Assembly (NCBI GenBank): GCA_964473825.1
Contig: CAYYQL010000006.1
Span: forward strand, 32,001-96,000
Origin: an uncultured archaeon
GTDB lineage: Archaea; Asgardarchaeota; Thorarchaeia; Thorarchaeales; Thorarchaeaceae
Direction: 5' to 3'
Length of the DNA: 64,000 nt
Positions 10,635-20,280 of the stretch are shown piece after piece. A model generated the notes under the pieces. The model was not told the DNA's origin. It saw nothing but the letters and a program-made list of their open reading frames with translations, and made no database searches. Both the position numbers and the translations under genes were made by a program. Every line of letters starts with the position of its first letter. Within the stretch, counting starts at the first letter, position 1.

Positions 10635-11219
10635 ATGCGTTTACCTGTCTGTATATTTGATTTAGAGTCTGATATGCTATGCCCAAACTGTCAGAACAGG
10701 CTGGACACTGGACAGATAACTCAATTTGATGTAGATTTTTCAAAATGGCTTCTGAGCGAGTCGGATGAGCATCCATCTCTAAGAGATCTGAGTTTGCGAA
10801 GAGCTGTTAAGGCGGGACCACGAGTCGTACTGGTTGTCAAGAAGGAGAGGGACAAGGCCATTCTAGAATCAGCAGAGGGTCTACTGGATCAGATAGCTGA
10901 CCTCTACGGGAAACCTCTGATACTTACTGGACCAGTCAAGCTGCGTCGCGTGATAAGAACGCTCATAGATCCCATCATCGAGGTGGGTGTGAACAGCCTC
11001 TATCTGCCTGATGGCACTCGAGAGAGCATCGTGATGCTCAGACCAGAAGACCGGATGAGGATAGAGTACACTCCAGATGAATTGAGAATCATTGCATCGG
11101 CAGTCATAGGGGAAAGCGTCCTCTTCGAGTTCCAAGAGAAAGAGCAAGACGAAGAAGAGCAAGAAGACGCCTTTGACGAGAAGATGAGAGAGTTCAGTTC
11201 CCGGAGGAGAACCCGATAG
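10635..11219 (+). CDS. Archaeal NusA-like KH-domain protein (degenerate)
   Basis: N-terminal PVC..D....LCPNC..L..GQITQFDV pattern; follows alba. Confidence 0.6.
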   Translation: MRLPVCIFDLESDMLCPNCQNRLDTGQITQFDVDFSKWLLSESDEHPSLRDLSLRRAVKAGPRVVLVVKKERDKAILESAEGLLDQIADLYGKPLILTGPVKLRRVIRTLIDPIIEVGVNSLYLPDGTRESIVMLRPEDRMRIEYTPDELRIIASAVIGESVLFEFQEKEQDEEEQEDAFDEKMREFSSRRRTR

Positions 11220-11225
11220 GAGAGC

Positions 11226-12584
11226 TCACACCCTCTCTATGGGATGATTCTTCATTATCTCCCTGAGTACTACGGTGGCATAGCACCCTTTCCGCAGCCT
11301 GAACCTCAGCTGGAGACCCCTGTCCATACACTTGGATTCCAGATCTGGAACGGAGATTGATATCAGATGAAGACCTCCTGCAGAATCGATTGCTCTGGAA
11401 TTCTCGTTCCTGAAGTCAAGAAGAGTGATACCCTCATCATCCAGAATTGAACGGAGTGCGTTCGTCTGAGAGGTGGGGGGCATCTTCGTGGCATAGCCCG
11501 GCACGGGAGCTGCAATGCCAAATCGGCCCTTCTCCACTAATTTGGCCCTTTCCTCTAGATTCTTCTCAGTAACATACAGCCATGAATCGCGACCAGAGTG
11601 AGGTTCATCCAGTTGTATCAGGAAGTCTCCAGGAACAGGAGAGTCAAGGGGTAGTCTGTCTTCATGTCGTCTGCTAATAAGGCGATTGAAGAGATAGGAT
11701 TGATAGGCATGTACAAAGAGAGTGCGAATTCGTGGAGATATCTGTCTGAAGGCTCGTTCATAATCGCCGGGATTCTTCGTGAGAAAGCGTGCGATGTTCT
11801 TCTCATATCTCAATCCATCAGGGAGGGCTTCAACGACCGACTCGTCAAAGACAAGCTCTTCGGCAAGCTGTTTCCGAATTGAAGTAATCTTCTCATCTTC
11901 GTATTGACTCAAAGTGGTAAGCATGATGCGGACTGCCCCTTCAAAATCACCTTTGATAGCAGCCTTTCCGACTAGGTGAGTATAGGGCCGGACTACACCG
12001 AATCGCTGTTCACCGAAGTAGTTGAGGAGAGGGGTCGTCTGCACTGCCTCTGCTGCCTCTAGAGCAGCCTCCTCAGATTCTATGTTCCGGAGATATATTG
12101 AGAAACGATTACCCCAAAGATCCCCAACACGCACCGGCTCGGGATTGTAGCATATATCCCTCAGGCATATATTGTACAGCTGTAACTGGTTGAGTTCAGC
12201 AGCAGACTTTGCAGGTACTGACATTGCCTGTGTAGTTATTGCCCTCTTGTCCTTAAGCCCGGCATATGAAACCAGATGCCGTGAAATGCCAAGTTCTGCG
12301 GCGATTATGTTTGCCACATCGAGGGTGGTGAGACCCATCTTCTGTACAACGAATCGCGCATACTTCGCTGGTTCCCCTGAAATGGGAAGCGTTTCTTCTA
12401 TCGATTGTTCATTGCTGTCTGACCACGCTTCCATGTGAAGAACTCGACCTGCAGGAGTGATCTCTTCGACCAGAAAGTCGTCGAAACGTGCTTTCAGGCG
12501 GCCTCCCACACCTTCTACATCTGTAGAGTAATACTCCATGCCAAGACTGCGTTCTAGAGGATAGGTGGTACGCATCAGGATCAC
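11226..12584 (-). CDS. truD: tRNA pseudouridine(13) synthase
   Basis: DFLVEE, YAGLKDKRAITTQ, NYFGEQRFG and GCYATVVLREI motifs. Confidence 0.95.
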   Translation of the reverse strand: MILMRTTYPLERSLGMEYYSTDVEGVGGRLKARFDDFLVEEITPAGRVLHMEAWSDSNEQSIEETLPISGEPAKYARFVVQKMGLTTLDVANIIAAELGISRHLVSYAGLKDKRAITTQAMSVPAKSAAELNQLQLYNICLRDICYNPEPVRVGDLWGNRFSIYLRNIESEEAALEAAEAVQTTPLLNYFGEQRFGVVRPYTHLVGKAAIKGDFEGAVRIMLTTLSQYEDEKITSIRKQLAEELVFDESVVEALPDGLRYEKNIARFLTKNPGDYERAFRQISPRIRTLFVHAYQSYLFNRLISRRHEDRLPLDSPVPGDFLIQLDEPHSGRDSWLYVTEKNLEERAKLVEKGRFGIAAPVPGYATKMPPTSQTNALRSILDDEGITLLDFRNENSRAIDSAGGLHLISISVPDLESKCMDRGLQLRFRLRKGCYATVVLREIMKNHPIERV

Positions 12585-12585
12585 T

Positions 12586-12954
12586 TCAGAGCAGCTTCAG
12601 GTCACCTGTGATTTTATCGACTTCGTTTGACCTCGCAGGACCTATGCCAATCACAGTGGTAGTGCCAGGTGCAAGTTCGGTCATCCCTGCATCTCTAATC
12701 ACAGCCCGAGGAAGTCCCTCAGCAATGGCCCTTCGTTCGAGGTCTAATATGGCCTCCTCAGAGTCGACTTTAACAACCACTTTCTTTTGACCCTCGCCCA
12801 TCCATGCACGCCAGACCTCTTGCCGACCTGATCTAGCCTTCTCTGCAGCGCTCACTGCACCATGAGCTACCTGTACCGCGATCTTACCTCGCGTCATGTC
12901 AAGATCAGTCCTGACAGCTATCACTTGTTTGAAGGCAAAGGATCTATTGGTCAA
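12586..12954 (-). CDS. pth2: Peptidyl-tRNA hydrolase Pth2
   Basis: GKIAVQVAH, GQKKVVVK and DAGMTELAPGTTT motifs. Confidence 0.95.
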   Translation of the reverse strand: MTNRSFAFKQVIAVRTDLDMTRGKIAVQVAHGAVSAAEKARSGRQEVWRAWMGEGQKKVVVKVDSEEAILDLERRAIAEGLPRAVIRDAGMTELAPGTTTVIGIGPARSNEVDKITGDLKLL

Positions 12955-13011
12955 CCATAATCAACTCCACAGGTTCCTCACGAAATCCAACCTGGGCCAC
13001 AGATAAAAAGG

Positions 13012-14241
13012 ATGGTATGTGTGTGTGGAGAGGAGCTGGTTTCGTTGAAGTATGACGCTGTTGTTGTTGGTGCCGGTCCTGCCGGGCTTCTCTCAGCCGG
13101 TACCATTGCACACAGAGGATTCGACGTTGCCGTCCTTGAAGAGCATGCAACTGTCGGAAAGCCTGTCCATTGCGCGGGTCTGTTGAGTACTTCAGGACTC
13201 AAGGCCTTGGGATTGAATCCACCTGATCATGTCATTCAGAATCAGGTGAAGGGGGCAAGAATATACTCGCCTTCATGTGATAGTATCGAGATTCAACGCG
13301 GAAAGAGTGAAGCTCTTGTGGTTGACAGAGGAGCCTTTGACAGATGGTTGGCCGAGAGAGCAAGAGATGAAGGAGCTAGGATTATAACTGACTCCAAGGT
13401 CGAAACCGCGTCTATCACCGAAACAGGAGTTGAGTTGCATTTTCAACAGGAGAGACCGATTGTGAGGGGGGAAGTGGTAGTGAATGCAGAAGGGAGCCGA
13501 TGTCAGATTTCGCGGAGTCTTGGGCTTCCAGTGGTCCCTCGTACATCAAAACTTCCTGCATATCAATACGAGATGAAAAATGTCGATGTAGATGAGGAAC
13601 AAGTTGAGATGTTCTATGGGAGACAACTTGCACTAGGCTTCTTTGCATGGATTATTCCAATTGGTAACCGACGTGCACGAGTTGGACTTGCATCGTACGA
13701 TAGAACTATGACTCGTTTGCGAGGGGCCATGAAACACCACCGAGTCTTGTCAAGAAGACTAGAGAAGGCATCAATTGAGAAGGGATTCGGAGGAATTGTT
13801 CTGGTGGGAACCCCCATAGAGAGGACCTATACCACAAAAGCAGTTGTAGTGGGAGATGCAGCAGGTCATGTAAAGGCAACCACCGGGGGAGGAGTGATTC
13901 TTGGTGGTAAGGCTGCGAAGATAGCAGGTGAAACGGTTGCAGACTCCCTTGAAAATGAGGATTATTCAGATGAGTCTCTTGCACGGTATGAAGACCTCTG
14001 GAAAGAGGAGCTAGGCTCAGAGTTTCGGACTATGTGGCTTGCGCAGAAGACTCTTACCGCGCTATCCGACAAAGGCCTAGATAGACTCGTTTCAGGGGCA
14101 AAAAACATGCACCTGGAGGATACCATCAGGAAGAAGGGGGACATGGATAGACAGGCAAGAGTAATTCGTTCCTTGCTACGGGAACCTCGGATGATTCTTC
14201 TTGGGTTTGATGTCATCCGTTTCTTAAGCCCTCTATTCTGA
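13012..14241 (+). CDS. Geranylgeranyl reductase-family FAD oxidoreductase
   Basis: GAGPAG, HCAG, FFAWIIP and VGDAAGHVKATTGGG motifs; start uncertain. Confidence 0.88.
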   Translation: MVCVCGEELVSLKYDAVVVGAGPAGLLSAGTIAHRGFDVAVLEEHATVGKPVHCAGLLSTSGLKALGLNPPDHVIQNQVKGARIYSPSCDSIEIQRGKSEALVVDRGAFDRWLAERARDEGARIITDSKVETASITETGVELHFQQERPIVRGEVVVNAEGSRCQISRSLGLPVVPRTSKLPAYQYEMKNVDVDEEQVEMFYGRQLALGFFAWIIPIGNRRARVGLASYDRTMTRLRGAMKHHRVLSRRLEKASIEKGFGGIVLVGTPIERTYTTKAVVVGDAAGHVKATTGGGVILGGKAAKIAGETVADSLENEDYSDESLARYEDLWKEELGSEFRTMWLAQKTLTALSDKGLDRLVSGAKNMHLEDTIRKKGDMDRQARVIRSLLREPRMILLGFDVIRFLSPLF

Positions 14242-14270
14242 TGCGATAGAACACTATTTTTAGGAACACG

Positions 14271-15677
14271 ATGATGACAGTATCCCCGAAGAGTGCCCCC
14301 ATGTCGAATGATCATAAGTATATACTACTAGAGAAGGCAATCAGTGTTCTAGAAGACCACATGCTTTGTGACCGCTGTTTGGGGCGGCTCTTCGCCTGGT
14401 TGAGTACCGCCACAACGAATCCCGAACGGGGGGCCTCAATCAAACTCGTTCTCTCCATGATTGCGAACCGTGAGATGAAAGCAGGAAACCGTGAGGTGGG
14501 AACCAGACTGCTTCGACACCTAGCCGAGAATGGGCTCTCAGAACAGGCAAGGGCACTTGCATTGAAAGAGGGCATCCCTGTTAGTGCATCTGGTGAGTGC
14601 GAAGTCTGCAACACCGATGGAAATAGTGTCTTCCAGAAGATTCCTGCCATCGCCGACAGGATTTTGGAATTGGTCGCCGGGGTGGAGTACGATACTCTGC
14701 TGGTTGGAAGTGTACCAATAGCAAGAATGGCAGAGAGAGAAGAAGAGATTCGAGGAAAATTCAATCTGCTCTATGGAGAACCGTTGAAATCTGAATTCAA
14801 CCGGGTGCTGGGTAAAGAGATACTCGACAGAACTGGTAAGAAGACGGACTTTGAAACACCTGATATTGTCTTCATATATGATATGGAAAAAGATGATGTT
14901 TCCCTTCAGATCAATCCAGTCTTCATCTATGGACGATACCGGAAACTGCAGCGAGGAATACCGCAGAGTAGGTGGGACTGCAGCGAGTGCAGAGGAAAGG
15001 GCTGTGAGGTCTGCAACGGAACCGGCCGTAGATATCAGGACTCGGTTTCCGAATATATTGGCGAACCCCTCCAAGAGATGGCAAAGGGCACGAGGTTCAA
15101 GTTCCATGCAGCGGGAAGGGAGGATATCGATGCGCTGATGATAGGGGCAGGCAGGCCATTTGTGTTGGAGATCTCAGAGCCGAAGGTGCGACAGCTTGAC
15201 CTAGATGAGGCAACACGGAGAGTCAATGAGCTGAGCAAGGGAAAGGTGGAGGTGCAAGGTTTGGAGATGACTGAGAAGAGTCGAGCTCAGAAGTTGAAGG
15301 CGGAATCGTCGAAAAACATCAAGGAGTATCGAGCACTCATCACCATTGATGGCAGTGTATCGAAGGAAGATTTGAAGCGGGCTGCGGATGCACTCTCAGA
15401 TATGACTATTCAGCAAAGGACCCCAAGGCGCGTTGCACATAGAAGAAGTGATAGAGTCAGGGAGAAACAAGTCTACGAAGTCAGACTGCTTCAGGTCGAT
15501 AAAGAGACTGTGGAAGGGTACTTCCGTGTTCAGGGAGGGACCTACATAAAGGAACTCATATCAGGTGATGAGGGCAGAACGAAGCCTTCAATAGCAGAGG
15601 TTCTTGGAGTCAATGCAGTCTGTAAGGAACTCAATGTGACAGCCATCCATTCATTGGATGCACACCATAATGCTTAA
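14271..15677 (+). CDS. pus10: tRNA pseudouridine(54/55) synthase Pus10
   Basis: LCDRCLGR, GRYRKLQRGIPQS, AGREDID and GGTYIKELISGD motifs. Confidence 0.95.
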   Translation: MMTVSPKSAPMSNDHKYILLEKAISVLEDHMLCDRCLGRLFAWLSTATTNPERGASIKLVLSMIANREMKAGNREVGTRLLRHLAENGLSEQARALALKEGIPVSASGECEVCNTDGNSVFQKIPAIADRILELVAGVEYDTLLVGSVPIARMAEREEEIRGKFNLLYGEPLKSEFNRVLGKEILDRTGKKTDFETPDIVFIYDMEKDDVSLQINPVFIYGRYRKLQRGIPQSRWDCSECRGKGCEVCNGTGRRYQDSVSEYIGEPLQEMAKGTRFKFHAAGREDIDALMIGAGRPFVLEISEPKVRQLDLDEATRRVNELSKGKVEVQGLEMTEKSRAQKLKAESSKNIKEYRALITIDGSVSKEDLKRAADALSDMTIQQRTPRRVAHRRSDRVREKQVYEVRLLQVDKETVEGYFRVQGGTYIKELISGDEGRTKPSIAEVLGVNAVCKELNVTAIHSLDAHHNA

Positions 15678-15768
15678 GTGGCGACTCCGGAGGTTTTGCT
15701 GGACCTCAGATATGCCACTCTATATTGCATCTTGCAGTACGATGAAGAAAGTTCGAGGTTGATGCCCC

Positions 15769-16065
15769 ATGGTCAAGAAAAGTCACGGATACAGAGCACG
15801 AACACGTAGTCTTATGACTAAGAAGGTACGGAAGCGTGGGTTACGTCCACTTAGTCAAGTGCTTGTTGACTATAAAGTGGGAGACAAAGTAGATATCATC
15901 ATCGACCCCGGTTTCCACAAGGGAATGCCTCACAGACGCTATCATGGAAGAACCGGTACTGTATCCGGTATCCGTGGACGCGCAGTACAAGTCCAAGTGT
16001 CTCTTGGCAAAGCTATGAAGAATCTTATAATCCGGCCTGAGCATCTCAGACCAAGCAGAGGTTGA
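15769..16065 (+). CDS. rpl21e: 50S ribosomal protein L21e
   Basis: SHGYRARTR and KGMPHRRYHGRTG motifs. Confidence 0.96.
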   Translation: MVKKSHGYRARTRSLMTKKVRKRGLRPLSQVLVDYKVGDKVDIIIDPGFHKGMPHRRYHGRTGTVSGIRGRAVQVQVSLGKAMKNLIIRPEHLRPSRG

Positions 16066-16075
16066 GTGGTAGAAT

Positions 16076-16411
16076 ATGCCGAAGAAGGTCATCAGTGAAG
16101 AAGAGGTTTCATTGCCTCAGGTTAAGAAAATCCTGAGTAAACGCTCCAAAGATGGAGAGTTGTCCTTTCAGCAGACAATAACACTGGAACATGCGAATAT
16201 GTTCTCAAGGATGGCTCCATCTGTATCCATAAAGACCGTGGAGCGTTTGATGAAGAACTATGCTCTCTCCAGAGCACAAGCAGTTCAGCTCGTGAACATC
16301 GCTCCCAATACAGAAGAGGAGATGAAGACTGTACTGGATACCCGCAAGACAGACCTCACAGATGACCAGATAGCAGAGATTGTTGAGATTATACAGAAGG
16401 CACGTTCGTAA
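16076..16411 (+). CDS. rpo4: RNA polymerase subunit Rpo4 (F)
   Basis: ELSFQQ..TLEH and AVQLVNIAP; conserved rpl21e-rpo4-DUF655-rsmA order. Confidence 0.88.
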   Translation: MPKKVISEEEVSLPQVKKILSKRSKDGELSFQQTITLEHANMFSRMAPSVSIKTVERLMKNYALSRAQAVQLVNIAPNTEEEMKTVLDTRKTDLTDDQIAEIVEIIQKARS

Positions 16412-16521
16412 AGGAGGAGAACACAGAAACGTTCTGGGTCTTCTTCTTGCCCGATTCATTTTTATCATAAGGCTGTCCATTCAAATCTAATGCGGTTATA
16501 TAATGCCAGGAGAACAACAGG

Positions 16522-17118
16522 ATGGAAAATCATCAGGGTAGAATGTACGAGAGTCACGCATATATCCTGGCAGTGATACCACCGAAGATGTACCTCAGAG
16601 ATTCTCGACCTCACAGCGGAACTGTTGTCCAAGCTATAGGCGAGAGCTATTTTACACTCCTCGAGCTCGTCCCACAGAAGAACGTGACTCTGAACCCGCA
16701 GGAGAGGGTATCAATCGAAAAGGGTGCTCGTGGCAAGATTGATCATGTTCAAAGACGAATCGCCTATGAGGATTTAGCTGCAGAGAGTGAGGCTGAACTC
16801 CCTCTTATTGTGGAGATTATTGTCACGAAACGTGAACAAAACTTCGTTCGCTTCTTCAACGAGGCCAAGCCAATTACAACCAGGATGCACTCACTTCAAC
16901 TTCTTCCCGGAATAGGCCAGACCATCATGTGGGCGATTCTGGAAGAGAGAAAGAAAGAACCTTTCAAGAGCTTTGACGATATCGCCGAGAGAACAAAGCT
17001 GCAGAACCCAAAGAGAGTTGTCACTGGACGAATCATTGAAGAGCTTCAGGGCGATGTAAAGCGTTGGCTTTTCGTACGCCCTCCACCAGAAGACAGCGAC
17101 AGAAGCCGTTCTAGGTGA
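16522..17118 (+). CDS. DUF655 family putative RNA-binding protein
   Basis: QAIGESYFTLLEL and RMHSLQLLPGIG motifs. Confidence 0.9.
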   Translation: MENHQGRMYESHAYILAVIPPKMYLRDSRPHSGTVVQAIGESYFTLLELVPQKNVTLNPQERVSIEKGARGKIDHVQRRIAYEDLAAESEAELPLIVEIIVTKREQNFVRFFNEAKPITTRMHSLQLLPGIGQTIMWAILEERKKEPFKSFDDIAERTKLQNPKRVVTGRIIEELQGDVKRWLFVRPPPEDSDRSRSR

Positions 17119-17990
17119 GACTTCTGAGTAGGCACAGTATCAGGTCTGAATTGAGCAAGTATGGAGTAAGGCCTAAGAAGAGCTTAGGGCAGAGTTTCCT
17201 TGTTGACAGCCGAATCGCCCAACAGATTGTCGATGCAGCAGAGATAACTGATGATGAATCTGTACTGGAGATAGGAGGCGGTCTAGGAATTCTCACTGAG
17301 TTACTGGTTTCTAGAGCTAAGAAGGTCTACGTGGTTGAGATTGACAGGGATCTAGTACTGGCCCTTACAGAGAAACTGGGAGATGCTGACGGGCTCTCTA
17401 TCATACATGGCGACATTCTGAAGATTGACTTGCCCGATGTATCCAAAGTGGTTTCGAACCTTCCATTCAGTGTTTCCTCCCCCATCACTTTCAGACTACT
17501 GAGAGAACTGAAGCCCAAAGTCTCTATTCTCACATATCAGAAGGAATTCGCACAGCGACTAATAGCAGAACCAGGTTCGAGAGAGTATTCGCGTCTCACA
17601 GTCACAGTAAACTATCTTGCCGAAGTGGAACCTCTTTTTGAGGTGCCATCAGAGTCTTTCTATCCGAAACCTGCGGTTGACTCACTTGTCGTCAGGATGA
17701 CCCCTCGAGAGAGTGGTGCGTGGGCGAAAGACAACAGGGTCTTCTATTGGATGATACGAGGCCTCTATTCATACCCAAACAAACAGCTGAGACGAGCATT
17801 ACGAATCTGGTTGAAGAATATAGATATGAAAAGAGATATGGCCGATGATATTCTTGATTCAGTAGAACAGGTTGATAGTAAGGCACGACTAAGAAGTCTC
17901 ACTATCAATGAACTGGTGTGCTTGTCAGACCGAATCACCTCTCTGATTGAAGAGGGGATAATCCCTCACCCTGAGGAAGCAAAGACATGA
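17115..17990 (+). CDS. rsmA: 16S rRNA m6,2A dimethyltransferase RsmA/KsgA
   Basis: KSLGQSFL, LEIGGGLG, VSNLPF and QKEFAQRL motifs. Confidence 0.94.
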   Translation: MRLLSRHSIRSELSKYGVRPKKSLGQSFLVDSRIAQQIVDAAEITDDESVLEIGGGLGILTELLVSRAKKVYVVEIDRDLVLALTEKLGDADGLSIIHGDILKIDLPDVSKVVSNLPFSVSSPITFRLLRELKPKVSILTYQKEFAQRLIAEPGSREYSRLTVTVNYLAEVEPLFEVPSESFYPKPAVDSLVVRMTPRESGAWAKDNRVFYWMIRGLYSYPNKQLRRALRIWLKNIDMKRDMADDILDSVEQVDSKARLRSLTINELVCLSDRITSLIEEGIIPHPEEAKT

Positions 17991-18595
17991 AAGACAGCAA
18001 TCACAGGATTGCGGTCCAAGACCACGTGTATCCTCCATCGGAAGACACGTTCCTTCTGCTAGATGCAATAGAAGTTGCTCCCGACGAGTCATTTCTTGAG
18101 GTGGGATGTGGAAGTGGCTACATCCTTGTCAATGCAGCCACAATCTCATATCGGATAATTGGGCTGGATTGCTCCTTTGAGGCCGTGAAGAACACAAAGC
18201 AGAACCTCTTACACAATGACCTATACGAAAAGGCGGAGGTGTTTGTTTCGGATCTCTTGAAGGCCATCGCGCCAGATTCTCGTTTCGACGTGATTGCATT
18301 CAACCCACCCTATCTCCCTTCGGATGAAGATAGGACAGAACTCGACCATGCATTGGTTGGGGGGATTAGGGGGACAGAAGTAACTGAGAGATTCTTACAG
18401 CAGGCAATGCAGCATGTTTCGCCAGAGGGAAGAATCTACACCATGGTCTCCTCACTCTCCGACTACGGTCGCTTCGAGAGATTAGTGGAGAATGAAGGTT
18501 TTGAGATGACAACCGTCCAGACTGGTGTATTCTTCTTTGAAAGACTGTCTGTGATTGGAGTAGCATCCTCAAGGAAATCATTTTATAAGACCTAG
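17987..18595 (+). CDS. HemK2/PrmC-like SAM methyltransferase
   Basis: VYPPSEDTFLL, LEVGCGSG and FNPPYLP motifs. Confidence 0.9.
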   Translation: MKDSNHRIAVQDHVYPPSEDTFLLLDAIEVAPDESFLEVGCGSGYILVNAATISYRIIGLDCSFEAVKNTKQNLLHNDLYEKAEVFVSDLLKAIAPDSRFDVIAFNPPYLPSDEDRTELDHALVGGIRGTEVTERFLQQAMQHVSPEGRIYTMVSSLSDYGRFERLVENEGFEMTTVQTGVFFFERLSVIGVASSRKSFYKT

Positions 18596-18640
18596 AGTGA
18601 GGGCCGCTGAGTGTAACAAGGCCGCAGGAGTAGTATCCCT

Positions 18641-19405
18641 TTGTCAGAAAAGAAGCCTAAGAAATCATCCAAGAAGAATAAGAAGACCAAGACAGAGAAG
18701 ACTGTCAAGGACAACAGCCTCATCTATGTGGACTACGTAGCTAGGACTAAGGAAGAAGGGCAGATTTTCGATCTGACAAATGAGGATGTGGCAAAGAACG
18801 AGGGGCTCTACAATGAAGACACTCGGTATGAACCGATGCTTGTAGCGGTCGGACAGAACTGGTTGCTTGAAACCGTAGAAAAGGAACTTGTAGGCATGAA
18901 GGTCGGAGAGAGTAAGACGATCGAAGTTCCGGCTGAGAAAGGAGCAGGAGCAAGAGACCCTAAGAAAATCAAATCCATACCACTCCTCAAACTCAAGAAA
19001 CAGGGAGTTGTCAGCCCCATGAAAGGAGATAGGGTCAAGTTCGGCAATGAAGAGGGAATCGTGACCCTTGTTACGGGAAGAAAGGCGCGCATCGACTTCA
19101 ACAGCCCACTTGCAGGCAAGACTCTGGTTTTCGAGGTCACCATAAGGGAGATCCTCACCAGAATGAAGGACAAGATAGCAGCTGTAATCAAGCGTCGAGT
19201 CCCAGCTCTCCCAGAGGACAAGTATGATGTTGCCATCAAGGCCGGGACCATAACCATCGAGCTTCCAAAGGAGAGCCGTTACATCGAGGGTATACAATAC
19301 GCAGAGATTGGAATAGCCGCAGATGCTCTCAAAGTGAATGAGAAAGCACAAGAAGTGAAGTTTGTCATCACTTACGAGCGCCCAGAGAAACCAAAGGAAG
19401 AATAG
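18641..19405 (+). CDS. FKBP-type peptidyl-prolyl isomerase (SlyD-like, long archaeal form)
   Basis: IFDLT, GMKVGESK and DFNSPLAGKTLVF motifs. Confidence 0.9.
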   Translation: MSEKKPKKSSKKNKKTKTEKTVKDNSLIYVDYVARTKEEGQIFDLTNEDVAKNEGLYNEDTRYEPMLVAVGQNWLLETVEKELVGMKVGESKTIEVPAEKGAGARDPKKIKSIPLLKLKKQGVVSPMKGDRVKFGNEEGIVTLVTGRKARIDFNSPLAGKTLVFEVTIREILTRMKDKIAAVIKRRVPALPEDKYDVAIKAGTITIELPKESRYIEGIQYAEIGIAADALKVNEKAQEVKFVITYERPEKPKEE

Positions 19406-19519
19406 CCATCGGTGAACATAGTAATGTCCGCTGCAAAAACCTTTTAATAGGTTCGAAAATGCCCTTCTATTGTCACTAGTTCTCCAAGGCACAACTTCGT
19501 TGATAGGGAGTTACTTGAT

Positions 19520-20155
19520 ATGGAACAGCAAACGAAGCCACCGGAAGAATTGAAGACCGGAACAACAACAGTTGGTCTCATTGCGAAGGACTGCGTGGTT
19601 CTTGCCAGCGATCAGAGAGCCACAATGGGCTACCTGGTAGCTAGCAAGACTGCCAAGAAGATCTACAAGATCACCGACAGGATCGGTGCAACCATTGCCG
19701 GTTCTGTTGCCGACGCACAAACAATCATGGATCTCCTGAAGGCCGAGGCAAAACTCTTCGAGATTCAGAGAGAACGACCAATGAAAGTCAAAGCATTGAC
19801 TAGGCTTTTGAGCAATATCATGTTTCAGGCGCGCGGCGCCTACATCCTTCAGTGCCTTGTGGGAGGCTTTGACGACGAGGGACCACAGGTCTACTTCAAT
19901 GACTTCATCGGATCCGTCTTGTCAGACAAGTACACATCGACAGGCTCTGGTTCGCCGGTTGCCTTTGGTGTGCTTGAGGCTGGCTATGAAGATGATCTTC
20001 CAAAGGATAAGGCGATTGAGCTGGCCGTCTCCGCTATTGCCTCAGCCATCGAAAGAGATGCTGCAACAGGAAATGCAATCCTTGTCAGCGTCATTGACAA
20101 AGATGGATACCAAGAGTTGGACAGGGAAACCATAGACAGAATCTGGAAGAAATAG
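19520..20155 (+). CDS. psmB: Proteasome beta subunit
   Basis: Propeptide then KTG-TTTVG; GSVADAQ and TGSGSP motifs. Confidence 0.95.
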   Translation: MEQQTKPPEELKTGTTTVGLIAKDCVVLASDQRATMGYLVASKTAKKIYKITDRIGATIAGSVADAQTIMDLLKAEAKLFEIQRERPMKVKALTRLLSNIMFQARGAYILQCLVGGFDDEGPQVYFNDFIGSVLSDKYTSTGSGSPVAFGVLEAGYEDDLPKDKAIELAVSAIASAIERDAATGNAILVSVIDKDGYQELDRETIDRIWKK

Positions 20156-20280
20156 AGATCCGGACTTTCTCGTTCCTCGGGACAGATTGATTCATAATCT
20201 GTCTGAACTCAGCCCCGTGGTGGGGAGCCTTTAGTGAACCAAGGGGATACTATAAGCCCACAACAAAGAAGTGACTCTAG

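Noticed and set aside
18665-19492. Long antisense ORFs (also 20391-21092, 41378-41980, 51485-52252)
   Set aside because: Shadows of well-supported genes on the opposite strand.
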